Source: Eledone cirrhosa
Taxonomy: Eukaryota
Length of the DNA: 64,000 nucleotides
Assembly: GCA_964016885.1 (NCBI GenBank)
Contig: OZ024756.1
Span: forward strand, 40,982,001-41,046,000
Reading direction: 5' to 3'
In this document: positions 1 through 12,156 of the stretch, in pieces
Position numbering within the stretch: position 1 is the stretch's first letter
Layout: each line of letters starts with the position of its first letter
Translations under genes and position numbers: made by a program
Notes under the pieces: model-generated
What the model saw: only the letters and a program-made list of their open reading frames with translations
Database searches by the model: none
Told to the model about the DNA's origin: nothing

Positions 1-1262
1 ATCCTTATGTAAATCAAGAATATTTCACAAGAGTCCAAAGTTCACCATCACCATATATAACTTCAACTAGCTTGCAAGCTGGTAGGCCTATTGATCTTTA
101 ATACTTCAAAGATTAATAAGATTATAAGTAACCCCACAATATGCCTAATATACAATTCTCCATAGCATAGTTCTGTTGGAAAGTTAGAGAAGCATGTGCA
201 GGTGAACAAATCAATCAACATTTGATAAATTAAGCTTGGTAGTGATGGCAGCTACTTTGGTGCTATTTTTGTCTTTCTCCAAATGGTTTATGAAGCATCA
301 TTGATGTCAATTCACAACAAGCCAAAGAAAACAAATGATGTTTTGGTTACCGGTGTTGGTAAATCCTTGTTAACTTCTTACTAGTTATCATAAATGTATT
401 ACAAAACTAATAAATATATTAATCATAATTAAACAGCTGCCACAAACAATCAAGTATAACTTGGTAGTTCACTGAGGGTTTTAGGTGTTGATGATGTCAC
501 AAGCAGACACAGACACCCTCTCAACAACTCGCTCACTTAATCTAATGAAATATCCAGGATGTGACAGCTGGAGTGAGAGAGGGCTGTACCAGCAGTGGGC
601 TGGTACTTTCATTATTAACCCCAAAATCATGAAAGACAAAGTTAACCTCAGCAGGATTCAATTTGAGAGTGTAGATACCCAACACAATTACCCCAAACTC
701 TGATGACTCTGTTACATCAATCAGCTTATATTAGTCATAGTACTTGGATATATTTATTTATTAAATGTGTAAATGTAAGTTAGTGTTCTGGTGAGGACAG
801 AGACCAAGCTGTTAAATTTCACTCTATAACCTAACCTTTTAGGGGTAAAAGATGGGGCAATTTTTTCCATGGTTTTTCTCATGAGCCAGGAAATATAATA
901 TATATATTTAATTAACTAACTCTTTACTTACCAACATCCCAAATATATATACATTTATACACACATATGTGTATATATGTGCATATACATATTTATGCAA
1001 ATGGTTATATGTGTTGCTTTTTGGTACTGGTGGTGAGTACAAACACAAATATTAAAAAGTATATGATACCTAACTATATATTGTAGAGTAACAAGTGTAT
1101 GTACAGCATACTCACACATACGTGTATGTATATGTATATGATTGTGTACATATAATTATACATAAAAGTGCCCCAATTATGTGAGATATTTTCCACAATT
1201 CTTATGTATATGTTAACTAATTTATTGAGCATGTATTTGTCATTTATTACATCTGTTAACAA

Positions 1263-1510
1263 ATAATATTTACATCTGTTTTTATATAATATTTACATCT
1301 GCTAATATATAATATTTACATCTGTTTTTATATAATATTTACATCTGCTAATATATAATATTTACATCTATTTCTATATAATATATACATCTATTTCTAT
1401 ATAATATATACATCTGTTTCTATATAATATATACATCTGTTTCTATATAATATTTAGATCTGTTTCTATATAATATATACATCTGTTTCTATATAATATA
1501 TACATCTGTT
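1263..1510. repeat. 23-bp minisatellite, ~11 copies
   Basis: Unit ATAATATTTACATCTGTTTTTAT with variants, repeated head-to-tail. Confidence 0.9.
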
Positions 1511-1924
1511 AAGAAGTAGTATTTACATGTGTTACATAAGTAATCTAGTCGTACTGCAGCAGTGCTGTAAGTGTTCATTTAGACACCAAGATCTATAACT
1601 CATTACTTCTATTGATTCTTTCACTTCACTAGAAAACAATAAGTTGCAAAGGAAGTAGAAAATATCTTTTACGGAAAGATAGCAATCAATAGCTGGCCAG
1701 CTTTGTTAGGGGTTAGGGAAAGATTACAAACAATAGTTGGCTATCTCTGTAGAGTTAAAAGGTTAGGGTTGAGGTTAGTGAAAGACAACAGTCAGAAGTT
1801 GGTCAGCTTCAATAGAATTATGGGGTTATAAGCATGAATAAAAACCAAAAACAACTTGCTTCCCTCCTATTAGTTTCACAGGGAATCCATTTAATTATTA
1901 CTAATTGAAAAAAAGAAATACTCA

Positions 1925-2140
1925 ATCATTATCATCATCATCACTGTTTAATGTCTATTTTCCATGCCTGTATGTTTGTCACATACTGAGATTAGACAAG
2001 TTAGATGACCATGTCCACCATTTGTGGCTTGGTTTTTATGGTTGGGTGTCTTTTCTAATACCAACCACTTTACAGCATGTACTGGGAGCATTTTATTGTA
2101 GAACAGAGTCAGATGGGTGCTTTTCATTATAACACCAACA
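1925..2140 (-). mobile_element. Old SINE 3' part with (TGA)n RTE-type tail
   Basis: TCATCATCA...TTTAATGTCTATTTTCCATGC and CCAACCACTTTACAG..TGTACTGGG match the reverse complement of the 3' part of the SINE at 63630-63968. Confidence 0.65.
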
Positions 2141-2410
2141 CTACCACTTTACAGAGTGCACTGGGTGAATTTTACCAGTTACTAGCACTACCGCTTTACA
2201 GAGTGCACTGGGTGAATTTTACCAGGCACTAGCACTACCACTTTACAGAGTGCACTGGGTGAATTTTACCAGGTACTAGCACTACCATTTTACAGAGTGC
2301 ACTGGGTGTATTTTACCAGGTACTAGCACTACCATTTTAAAGAGTGCACAGGGTGAATTTTACCAGGTACTAGCACAACCACTTTACAGAGTGCACTAGG
2401 TGAACTTTAT
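2139..2410. repeat. 47-bp minisatellite, ~5.8 copies, derived from a SINE segment
   Basis: Unit ACTACCACTTTACAGAGTGCACTGGGTGAATTTTACCAGGTACTAGC; its core matches SINE sequence at 2061-2090 and 62575-62610. Confidence 0.9.
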
Positions 2411-2445
2411 CATGACACTAGAGTGTAAAATTATGGATTTAAATT

Positions 2446-2672
2446 TTACCTTTTTATTATTGAAATACACTGCCTATGAAAATAACCAAACATTTTAAGG
2501 AACTAAATAAAATAACTAAGCTTTTTATTTATTAAGTGATGTTTAAAACATTACTTAAACATTTCTAAAATTATGATGAAAGGAGTCAATATAAAGATAA
2601 ACAGTTTAAAATGGGTAATTTTCTATCATAAATCCAGGGTGATTTCAGGTGGGTTGGTGTTAAAAGGGTTAA
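2446..2672. mobile_element. Degenerate TTAA/CCC-ended MITE (piggyBac-like)
   Basis: Ends in GGTGGGTTGGTGTTAAAAGGGTTAA; related copies begin TTAACCCTTT at 14552, 27649 and 61638. Confidence 0.55.
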
Positions 2673-2918
2673 AAACAACGTTTTAAATGCTGAGAATTTT
2701 TGTTTTTATGTAAATCAAATTTGTAACCAACTATATGCTATATCTGGATGAAATATTTAAATATTTAAACATTATTCATTTTATAACTCACTGCCTCTTT
2801 ATTATTATGATATATAATTTGAAAGTAAAAAAAATAAAGATTAGAAAATGGAAATAAATTATATTAACCTTCTACTGAAATAAATATGAATGTACAGTAT
2901 ATACATTCATATTTATGT

Positions 2919-3006
<88 letters not shown>

Positions 3007-3025
3007 TATATATATATATATATAT
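2919..3025. repeat. Compound (GCAC)n-(CA)n-(TA)n microsatellite
   Basis: Directly visible. Confidence 0.95.
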
Positions 3026-5004
3026 TGTTAAAAATAAGGGTAAAGTTCCATACAATTCGAAGACTATAAGTAAAAAATAAAAGTGGAAATTCACAGAAGT
3101 GTATTTAAAGAATCTCTTTTTATTGTTGTAATCCAACAAAACAAATATTTCTATATATGGCACGTCAAGTAAATTGAAGTTTTATCAAATATTTTTACCG
3201 GTATCAATTAATCACAACAATCTTGTTGAATAATAATTAGTTTATTTTAACAAATTATTTTCTCATATTTTGCATGTTATTAAACATATAAAGATATATC
3301 ATCATCATCTAGCATCCATTTTAGCTGATATATATATATGTGTGTGTGTGTGTGTTTAGATGTGTATGTGTGTGTGTAATTACATGGTATAATCCAAATA
3401 GAGAGCCCTCTCTGATTTGGATAGCTACCAGACTCACCGAGTATGGTAGTGAGCTTGGTAGGTAGCTAAAATAGGAAGGGCCCTTCATTACGATTATATC
3501 CTGTTTCTCTATCTACCTTTCAGCTAAATATATACTAAGTACTACCCTGATTTGTGGGCTTCCTGGTCGATAAACCATATTATCTAATCTATGCATACAC
3601 ACAAATATATTCATACATATATACTTTGATAAATGCATTAGTATACATACACATACACACACACACATGTATACACACACGCACATGCACATATACATAT
3701 ATATATATAAAACATAAAAACCTCAATATTTCAAAATCAGACTTAAGATAAGAGACAGACATAAAAGAGACCCAGTGTAATTATAAAAAGACAAAAGAAA
3801 AATTAATTTTTTTTCTTTTTGTTAAATTAAAATAGTTTGGCGTTCTACTAAGTGAAGTAGTAAAGCCAGTAAATAGTAGTAAAATAGAAAGAGAAGTAAG
3901 GTAGTAAAGATAAAAATATAGCTTTTTTTACTAGTGCAAAAATGTCACTTAAAATAGCAGCAAAGTGCAGAAGATAATATAAATATAAATAATCAAAATT
4001 GCGTGTAATATTAGGGAGAAAAATATGAGAATGTGAAAGAAATATTTTGATTAGATTTCTAGAAATGAAAGGAAAATAAGATGACAGCAACCGGAGGAAT
4101 ACTACACAAGAACATCCACTAACATTTAAGAATAGAGATTTTATAAAGTGAAAGTGAAACTACAGTGTAGTGAGAAATTAGGTCTGCTATATCTAGATGC
4201 ACGTGTACTAATAGAAGTAATCTTTTGCATTACTGTGTGCACACATTAACATACATATAGAAACTCACCAATGTATTTACATTAGGTGATGCACTAGTGT
4301 ATTAAAAATATTTTACCTTTCTTCTTTCTTCTAGAAAAACCATCAGTAATCCTCGACACTCTATTACCCATAATTTCAATTAATGTCTAACACAGCAGGT
4401 ATCAAATATAGCAAGGAAACACCTAACACACAATAATAAAAAAAAAAAGTTGCTAGCTAAAATGTCAAGCTAGAGATGATTGTTTCTAGTTAAAGCTGAA
4501 AAAGTCAATGCCCAGCAGAGAAGAGTGCATCGTCTGCAGTCAACAATATATTTCTACTGTATGGTAGCAGTGGTCAGTGTGAGTATTCAGCTTCTATCAA
4601 GTAGTATATTATTGATAAGGCTGGATACTACACAGCAGAAGGGATGCAGTGATGTGTAACCATACAATGGATCAGCTAGAGAAGCGTGATATCCACTAAG
4701 TAACATTAACTTCATGAATATCCAGTCATCCTGGCCTTCTCTCTAAATATGGATGAGAAAAGTGTTACAGTTGCTGAAACCAGCCTCATTCTCAACAAAT
4801 TATTGATTATTTTGGAAAATATCAATAACAGGGATATGAAATAACAGCTGGGGAACTTTTGATACTCATTTTCTCTCTTTTTCTTTATCTTTCTTTCTTT
4901 CTGTATCTCTATTTTATTTCTTTTGCTTTTGACAGAATAGTAAGCACTTGTTTCACCAGAAAAATCCACTTTTTTTTATTTTTATTTACAACAAAAAAGC
5001 AATA

Positions 5005-5094
5005 GATGATGATGGTGATGATGGTGGTGGTGGTGGTGGTGATGGTGGTGGTGGTGGTGGTGGTGGCGGTGGTGGTGGTGGTGATGATGATGAT
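5005..5094. repeat. (GAT)n/(GGT)n trinucleotide microsatellite
   Basis: Directly visible. Confidence 0.9.
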
Positions 5095-6840
5095 TTTTTA
5101 AGAGATAAACATGAAAACAACCCCTCCCCCCCAAAAAAAAGATAAAATTAAAATTAAGGTATATTTAAATGAAAGATTATATTTTATTGAAACAATTTAT
5201 TTTTCGGGGGTGGGGGATGGGGGGTGGAGCAACCTATATGAACCTTAAATAAAATATTTCTATTTTTAACATTTAAGATAATACAGATTTATAAAAAGCA
5301 AATAAATAATTTTAAAAAATCAAAAAATCCAAAGAAGCTGTTGAATGGTTTCGGTGTAAAACATATTTTAATATCCTTCTCATTACAATATATATTTTTT
5401 AGAATAATTAATAAATAATTTTATCAGTTACTGTTACATTAGACATTCAGGGCAAAAAACATTTGGGAAATCAAACTTTTATGACAAATGATGGAAATAA
5501 ATTCACATACTAGTTCCAACCCCCTGACTTTTATTTCATCTTCCATCATCTAAAGCCATTCTTTTCTTGGTCTTTCTCTTCCTCAACTTCTTTCCACATT
5601 CATTTCATTCAATCACTTGTATCTCATTTACAATACATAAGACCATTTCTCTGGGGTGGCACCATCAAGTGTAAATCATCTCACAGAAGACCCCATGATG
5701 AATATAATTACATTATACTAGGAAAGAAATCATTAGATATGAAAGAATCTGATCCTAGGGTTGAATTATTAGAAACAGGAAATATTAGAAATTGAAATGC
5801 TATGGATGTTTTGTATTTAGTTTAGAATAAGTGCACTCTATCCCCTGCATGTCATAAGAAACAACTAAAAGGGTTGGTGTCAAGAAGGGCATCTGGCTGT
5901 AAAATATTGCCTCAAAACTTTCATCCATCCCAAGCCAGTGTGGAAAAGTTGAAGTAAAAACAATGATGACGACGAACTGGTGAGAACTAGTTGAATATAT
6001 TGAAACATCATCCTAATTAACACAACGGCCCAAAAGTAAGAAAAACAGCCACAGAATAAAATTACTAGGAATTTTGAAGTAAAAAGCAAATGGAATGCTA
6101 CTTGAAATGTTCTTAAATACAGTCTGTTGAAAATGATATCAATTTAAACATTCCCTACAGATATCTTTATTGATCAATAGTTTATATCAATAAGAAATAT
6201 GTCTGATAATATATTGAAAGGAGCTTATAAGAAATATCAATATTTAACACCTGCTATTAAATTAACAGAAATGTCAACCCAGAGTTGCAAAACTCCACCT
6301 GTAACTCTATAATGTATTCACATGAGCTGAGTTGCTTTACAATACAGGTAAAGTGAAGAATGATGATAGAGTAAAATATAGGAGTTGAATATTTTCCACT
6401 GCAAACAGCTGTTCCCTTCTTGGCAGTTAATGGTTAGATAAAATCATAATGATTAATAGGCATCTGAATGATAAAGTGCAGACTGAATGGCATCTGTTCA
6501 GAATAATATTCACAATTGTCAGAATGGCCTCTTGCTAATATCAACATGAGAAATTACTTTTAATGCAACAAAGTAAAAAACTAATTCAATCACCAAACAT
6601 ATATCTTCTTATAACTCTGCAAAAGGGTTTGACTTCCATCAAAGTTTGTCTGAACCACATAACAGGTCTCAAATTGTCTCAGAAAACAGTCACAGATAGA
6701 TCTGGAAGGATTCTTCTATCTTGTAATATGACAATAGAAGTAAACTGACCCTGATTGGTTTCAATGACAAGTGTTTCTGTTAATCAATGGAACAACCTGC
6801 TTGTTAAATTCACATGAAAGTAGCAAAGTATTCTATAGAC

Positions 6841-7746
6841 CAGTCATGGGAAACCTGCTTTCTAAATGTCTCGCCTAAGTCACCTAAGTGAAATCTTTCT
6901 GAATGTCTCACCTAAGTCACCTAAGTGAAATCTTTCTAAATGTCTCGCCTAAGTCACCTAAGTGAAATCTTTCTGAATGTCTCACCTAAGTCACCTAAGT
7001 GAAATCTTTCTGAATGTCTCACCTAAGTCACCTAAGTGAAATCTTTCTAAATGTCTCGCCTAAGTCACCTAAGTGAAATCTTTCTGAATGTCTCGCCTAA
7101 GTCACCTAAGTGAAATCTTTCTGAATGTCTCGCCTAAGTCACCTAAGTGAAATCTTTCTAAATGTCTCGCCTAAGTCACCTAAGTGAAATCTTTCTAAAT
7201 GTCTTGCCTAAGTCACCTAAGTGAAATCTTTCTAAATGTCTTGCCTAAGTCACCTAAGTGAAATCTTTCTGAATGTCTCGCCTAAGTCACCTAAGTGAAA
7301 TCTTTCTGAATGTCTCGCCTAAGTCACCTAAGTGAAATCTTTCTAAATGTCTTGCCTAAGTCACCTAAGTGAAATCTTTCTGAATGTCTCGCCTAAGTCA
7401 CCTAAGTGAAATCTTTCTAAATGTCTTGCCTAAGTCACCTAAGTGAAATCTTTCTGAATGTCTCGCCTAAGTCACCTAAGTGAAATCTTTCTAAATGTCT
7501 TGCCTAAGTCACCTAAGTGAAATCTTTCTGATTTTTTTACCCCAACTTTTCAGTCATAATTTATCTTTCTATCATTTTTACGATTGAGGAAAATGTGTAT
7601 GAATTTTGTAGAAACAAATCAAAACAACCGGAGTTACCGCACTTTTTTTAAAATGTGGGCACAAATGTAAATTAGCGATTGTGGTCCGCCTGATGATGAG
7701 CCATATCTCATGTGGCCCAATTCTCAAAAAAGGTTGCCCATGCCTG
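6841..7746. mobile_element. Non-autonomous hAT-type DNA transposon (MITE) carrying a 37-bp tandem array
   Basis: TIRs CAGTCATGGGAAACCT / reverse complement CAGGCATGGGCAACCT (14/16); 8-bp TSD CTATAGAC (6833-6840) / CTACAGAC (7747-7754). It interrupts a SINE whose uninterrupted relatives lie at 24650-24785 and 56075-56220. Confidence 0.85.
6858..7529. repeat. 37-bp minisatellite, 18 copies
   Basis: Unit CTTTCT(A/G)AATGTCT(CG/CA/TG)CCTAAGTCACCTAAGTGAAAT; no spacers. Confidence 0.95.
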
Positions 7747-8205
7747 CTACAGACCTTTAGCATAATTTTCAAGGATCTTCAGCATAACACAGTGTGTGGT
7801 AAGAAAGACTGGTCCTTTGAATTACAGAAGCACTCCATTTGCCAGTCTTCAAAATATTTTCTGTCAGCCCAATTTCACTCACAAGTATTGAATCAATGGA
7901 AAGGTACTTTAACTAAGATGCTATGCTATCAGATCAAACTTAGAACCCTGGTTGTTAAGCTAAAACTTCTTAACTATACTACCATGCTGTGAATAACATA
8001 ACTATTATCTAAAATTAAGATCAAAAATTCTTCAGAATTTCCTCCCACTCTTCTAGAAATATCATGAGGGATTACTTTGAACTATAAAGTATACTTCTTC
8101 TTGCACTTAATTAAAGAATAAAACAAAGTTTGATTAAGTATTGATAGAAAATAATTGGATATAGAAAGAGAAAGTAATTCTTACAAAATGAACAGATTTC
8201 AGAAC

Positions 8206-8303
8206 AATAACGTGAGGGGGTTTCATGTGAATATCAATTAAATTAATAACGTGAGGGGGTTTCATGTGAATATCAATTAAACTAATAATGTGAGGGGGTT
8301 TCA
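8206..8303. repeat. 39-bp tandem repeat, 2.5 copies
   Basis: AATAACGTGAGGGGGTTTCATGTGAATATCAATTAAATT starting at 8206, 8245 and 8284. Confidence 0.85.
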
Positions 8304-9119
8304 AAGCCACGGAGTCAGCTTCCTTGTTTTAGAATAATGTAAGATAAATACATAAATATCATAGAATTATCTTACTAGACAATATTTGATGTGTCCTACC
8401 TAAATAGCTAATATATTAACTGGAAATCTATATTATAGAACACATGAAGATGTCCATAATATAAATAATATTTCTCTGTTTTAAGCCAAACTTCTCTTTG
8501 AGAAAGTCAGTTTCCATTTGTGTGCAAATATGATGCAAATTTGGCAGAGAAAATGTTAAATGTGCAGAACAAGTGAAATATACTAAAGGCAAATGTTGGT
8601 ACTTCATATTCCATAAGTAATATGATTTAAGTTGTTGGCAACTTATCAGAGCTTCCTGACCGATGTGATAATTGTATGTTTCTATTACAGCTGCTACTCA
8701 AAATGCAATAATGAATAAATAAATAGATAAATAAATAAACAAACAGTCACATTAACTATTTAAATGTAAAGTAACAAATACCTAACTACTAATAATGAAA
8801 TCATCTTCACTGTTGATTTAATATTACTGTGTAATTGCAATCTGTGTTGAACCAATCTAAATACTTCCTTTTTTATATTCTCTTATTGCTAGAAGATATT
8901 GCACTGTACTGGAGTTTATTTAAGCATTTCTCGCATCAAGACAATGAGAAACACATCTACTCCAGGTAAGATGCTAGCCCACTGTCAGTTATTTCCAAAG
9001 AAATATTTAAATTTAACATGCAATCTAAGAGAACATTCATAAATTGCAGTGTTGCTTCGGTTTCCAGCAACAAAACAATACATTACACATGGAACACATT
9101 TTAAACAGCATGTGACGGA

Positions 9120-9427
9120 TCATTGAGGGGTCAGTGCCTTTCTCAGGGTAGTGGTGATTAGATACCTATGGGTCATTGAGGGGTCAGTGCCTTTCTCAGG
9201 GTAGTGGTGATTAGATACCTATGGGTCATTGAGGGGTCAGTGCCTTTCTCAGAGTAGTGGTGATTAGATACCTATGGGTCATTGAGGGGTCAGTGCCTTT
9301 CTCAGGGTAGTGGTGATTAGATACCTATGGGTCATTGAGGGGTCAGTGCCTTTCTCAGGGTAGTGGTGATTAGATACCTATGGGTCATTGAGGGGTCAGT
9401 GCCTTTCTCAGGGTAGTGGTGATTAGA
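9120..9427. repeat. 53-bp minisatellite, ~5.8 near-identical copies
   Basis: Unit TCATTGAGGGGTCAGTGCCTTTCTCAGGGTAGTGGTGATTAGATACCTATGGG. Confidence 0.95.
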
Positions 9428-9514
9428 CAGCACAAACTAACTTTGTACACTTTGTACTATCTAAATTACTAGTTTCATCAGATGTTAGTGTTTCACTCAT
9501 TTCACTGACTCAAC

Positions 9515-9670
9515 CTGCTACAGCTTTCATTGATTAAAGTACTAACAACAAGTAGCAAAAGATGTCCACACAAATTAACAGATGATTTAGTCTGCTACAG
9601 CTTTCATTGATTAAAGTATAACAACAAGTAGCAAAAGATGTCCACACAAATTAACAGATGATTTAGTCTG
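9515..9670. repeat. ~77-bp direct tandem duplication
   Basis: CTGCTACAGCTTTCATTGATTAAAGTA...GATTTAGTCTG at 9515 and 9592. Confidence 0.9.
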
Positions 9671-10269
9671 AATTGCACAGAAATTCTGCCTTTTATGAGC
9701 ATTTCCACAGGTTCATTGTATAGAAATTGGATTTTCTTAAATCATATAAACATATGATTTAAATTAATAGTGATTAATTTTTATCATCTAAAAAATAAAT
9801 AATACCTGATCGCAGGCTCTGACTTAGAAAACCTAATTTTTTTTTTATATATTCACGAACAAAATAGAACATTCATAAACTAGTTACAATCCTTCCATAT
9901 ACAATGGTTGTGTTATTGTGTTGAGTTGTAAAACTTCCATTTAAATTCCACATACTCTGGTAGACAGAATGTGAGTACAACCGTTATGTAATTAAAACAG
10001 ACCTCCTTTATTTATCACACTTTGGAGAGATGCCAAACTTTACAAAAACAGATCTATTTGACCTATGGTGGCATGGAAAAATAGATTTATTTAGAATGCT
10101 TCTTGTAACATACTGTAAATTTTAAACAGCCAGTCTATAATGTCCAAACTTCTGTTAATTGAACTTGATATTCTATTTCTTTATTATTTGGTCAATAAAC
10201 CATTCCTTTTGTTGTTTTCACTGTGGTTTTGTTTATTTCTTCTTTTTTATCATTCCATATGTGAAAATA

Positions 10270-10520
10270 TGGGGCTTAATGGTTAGGGTGAATGGCTCAT
10301 AATTGTAAGATTGTGAGTTTGGAATCAAACTCACAATCTTACAATTATGAGCCATTCATTTAATAAAAGACACTTTATTTCACATTGATCCAGTTCAACG
10401 AGCCAGCTTTGTAACACACTGTGTCGAGCTGAATCTCCCTGAGAATTACTTTGAGTGCACACATTAATTTCATGATCAGGCTGTTCTGTTGTTTGAACAA
10501 GTGAAACAATCATCAGAAAC
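10270..10520 (+). mobile_element. tRNA-derived SINE with an internal fold-back
   Basis: GGCTTAATGGTTAGGG A-box-like head and AAGACACTTTATTTCACATTG core; 3' part matches the reverse complement of 56075-56220. Confidence 0.7.
10289..10358. repeat. Perfect inverted repeat, 33-bp arms, 4-nt loop
   Basis: TGAATGGCTCATAATTGTAAGATTGTGAGTTTG-GAAT-CAAACTCACAATCTTACAATTATGAGCCATTCA. Confidence 0.95.
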
Positions 10521-11919
10521 AATGGCGGTCCAACATAGACATTATTATTTCATTGATTTATTAACATTTCAGCAACTCTCACAAATTGTCTTTAGTACTG
10601 TTTGGTAATGGATTGATTTGTTAATATTGCGGTTGTAGTACAGTGTATTAAGACTGGTTAAAGCATTACATATGTAGACATGTTGTTACAAAATGATATT
10701 ATAGATGGATTGTATATATGGATAGAGTGAGGCAAGGTTAACTTCTGCAGGATTTGAACTCAGAGAGCACAAGAGGCACAAAGCATCATTCTATGTGACA
10801 TTCTAATGACTCTGTCAATTTGCCACCTACTATAAATAGGTTATGTCTTTGATTTTGTTCTATAATTCAAGTAATATTACATATCTAACTCCAAGCAGAA
10901 TATAAGAGATAACAGTTTACACAGTCTGGTAGGCAGACAAAACATTTGTTTCCTCTCGTTTTTATTTTTGACTTACATTTGTGTTCCCTGAATTCTAAAT
11001 GAAAGTTTTTGATAATTTTTGTGAGCTTTCAGTCAGACTAAAAATTCATTACAATCATTATTATAACAATTTATTAAATGTTTAATAAAGCAAACTCTTA
11101 GTTACTGGTTAATCTATAACACTAAGGAGACTAATTTCTGAAGCAGATGATAGCTCCACCTTAATAGTTAACATTTTTTTTTTTAGCCTTTGTATTAATA
11201 ATTACACAAGTGGCTAACTTTAGTAAAACAGAGCAATTACAAACAAGTTAAGAGCCTCTGATCAAAAGCAGACTGTTTAACTATAAGCTACAAGTTCCTG
11301 TTTGCTAGCAAGTTAACAAATAATCATATGTTTTACACTAAGTGAACAGTCAGAGTTATAATTAGATTTTATGAATGATTTGTGTGCAGCCTGTGTTTAG
11401 AGAAATCAAAGCTAAGAATTTCCTATACAAGAATGAAATAACAGTGCTGGTGACTCACAAAACTGCTCTATTCATTGTCATCAGCAAATTATCTACATGC
11501 CATGCACATGTGCTTTAAGAAGGAAATCAAATCATTTGATTTTAAAAAAATAACAATAATAAAAAGAAGAGTTATATCGAAATTATAACATTTATGAATA
11601 CTTCAGTGTGTTGGGAGATAAGTTTTTATATAGATTAATTAATATTTTACAAATGAGAACTATAATTGAAACAATATAATTCACAAACATCTTAGCTCTC
11701 ACTTGTTAATCACTTCCCTGTTTGTCTTATATATCAGTTTAACACTCTTCAAAAGCATGAAACTCTGTTTATTCATCACTAAAAGTAAATAAATTCTAAA
11801 TTAAACTATTCAGGTTACAGATTGTCAGAAAGCTAGTTTTGAATTCCATTAAAAACATTGTGAATTAATTAATCAACAAGTAAGTTTGAATGTCTTCTAA
11901 GAAGGTAACAAGAAGGTAA

Positions 11920-12156
11920 CATATGGATGATGATCATTGGATGATGATCGTTGGATGAAGTGCCAAGAAATTTCAGTGAAAGGAAACTGTGGTAGAGAGA
12001 GACCAAGAAAGACCTTGGCAGACGTCAGAGCAAATCTTAAATTACTGAAGTTCACAGAGGATATGATGAAGAATCGCAACAAATGGAGGGGTGCTGAAAA
12101 AGATCCAATCACCTCGTACAAGTATGGAAGAGCAGATGTAAAATAATGATGATGAT
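11920..12156 (+). mobile_element. RTE-clade LINE 3' end (5'-truncated)
   Basis: Translation KCQEISVKGNCGRERPRKTLADVRANLK...EDMMKNRNKWR resembles the RTE C-terminal G-R-RGRPRKTW...DR..WR motif; followed by a short 3' UTR and (TGA)n tail. Confidence 0.8.

Noticed and set aside
1700-1780. TTAGGG telomere-like motifs
   Set aside because: Only a few scattered degenerate units, not an array.
6858-7529. CRISPR-like array (37-bp repeats)
   Set aside because: Repeats are contiguous with no unique spacers, there are no cas genes, the context is eukaryotic, and the array lies inside a MITE.
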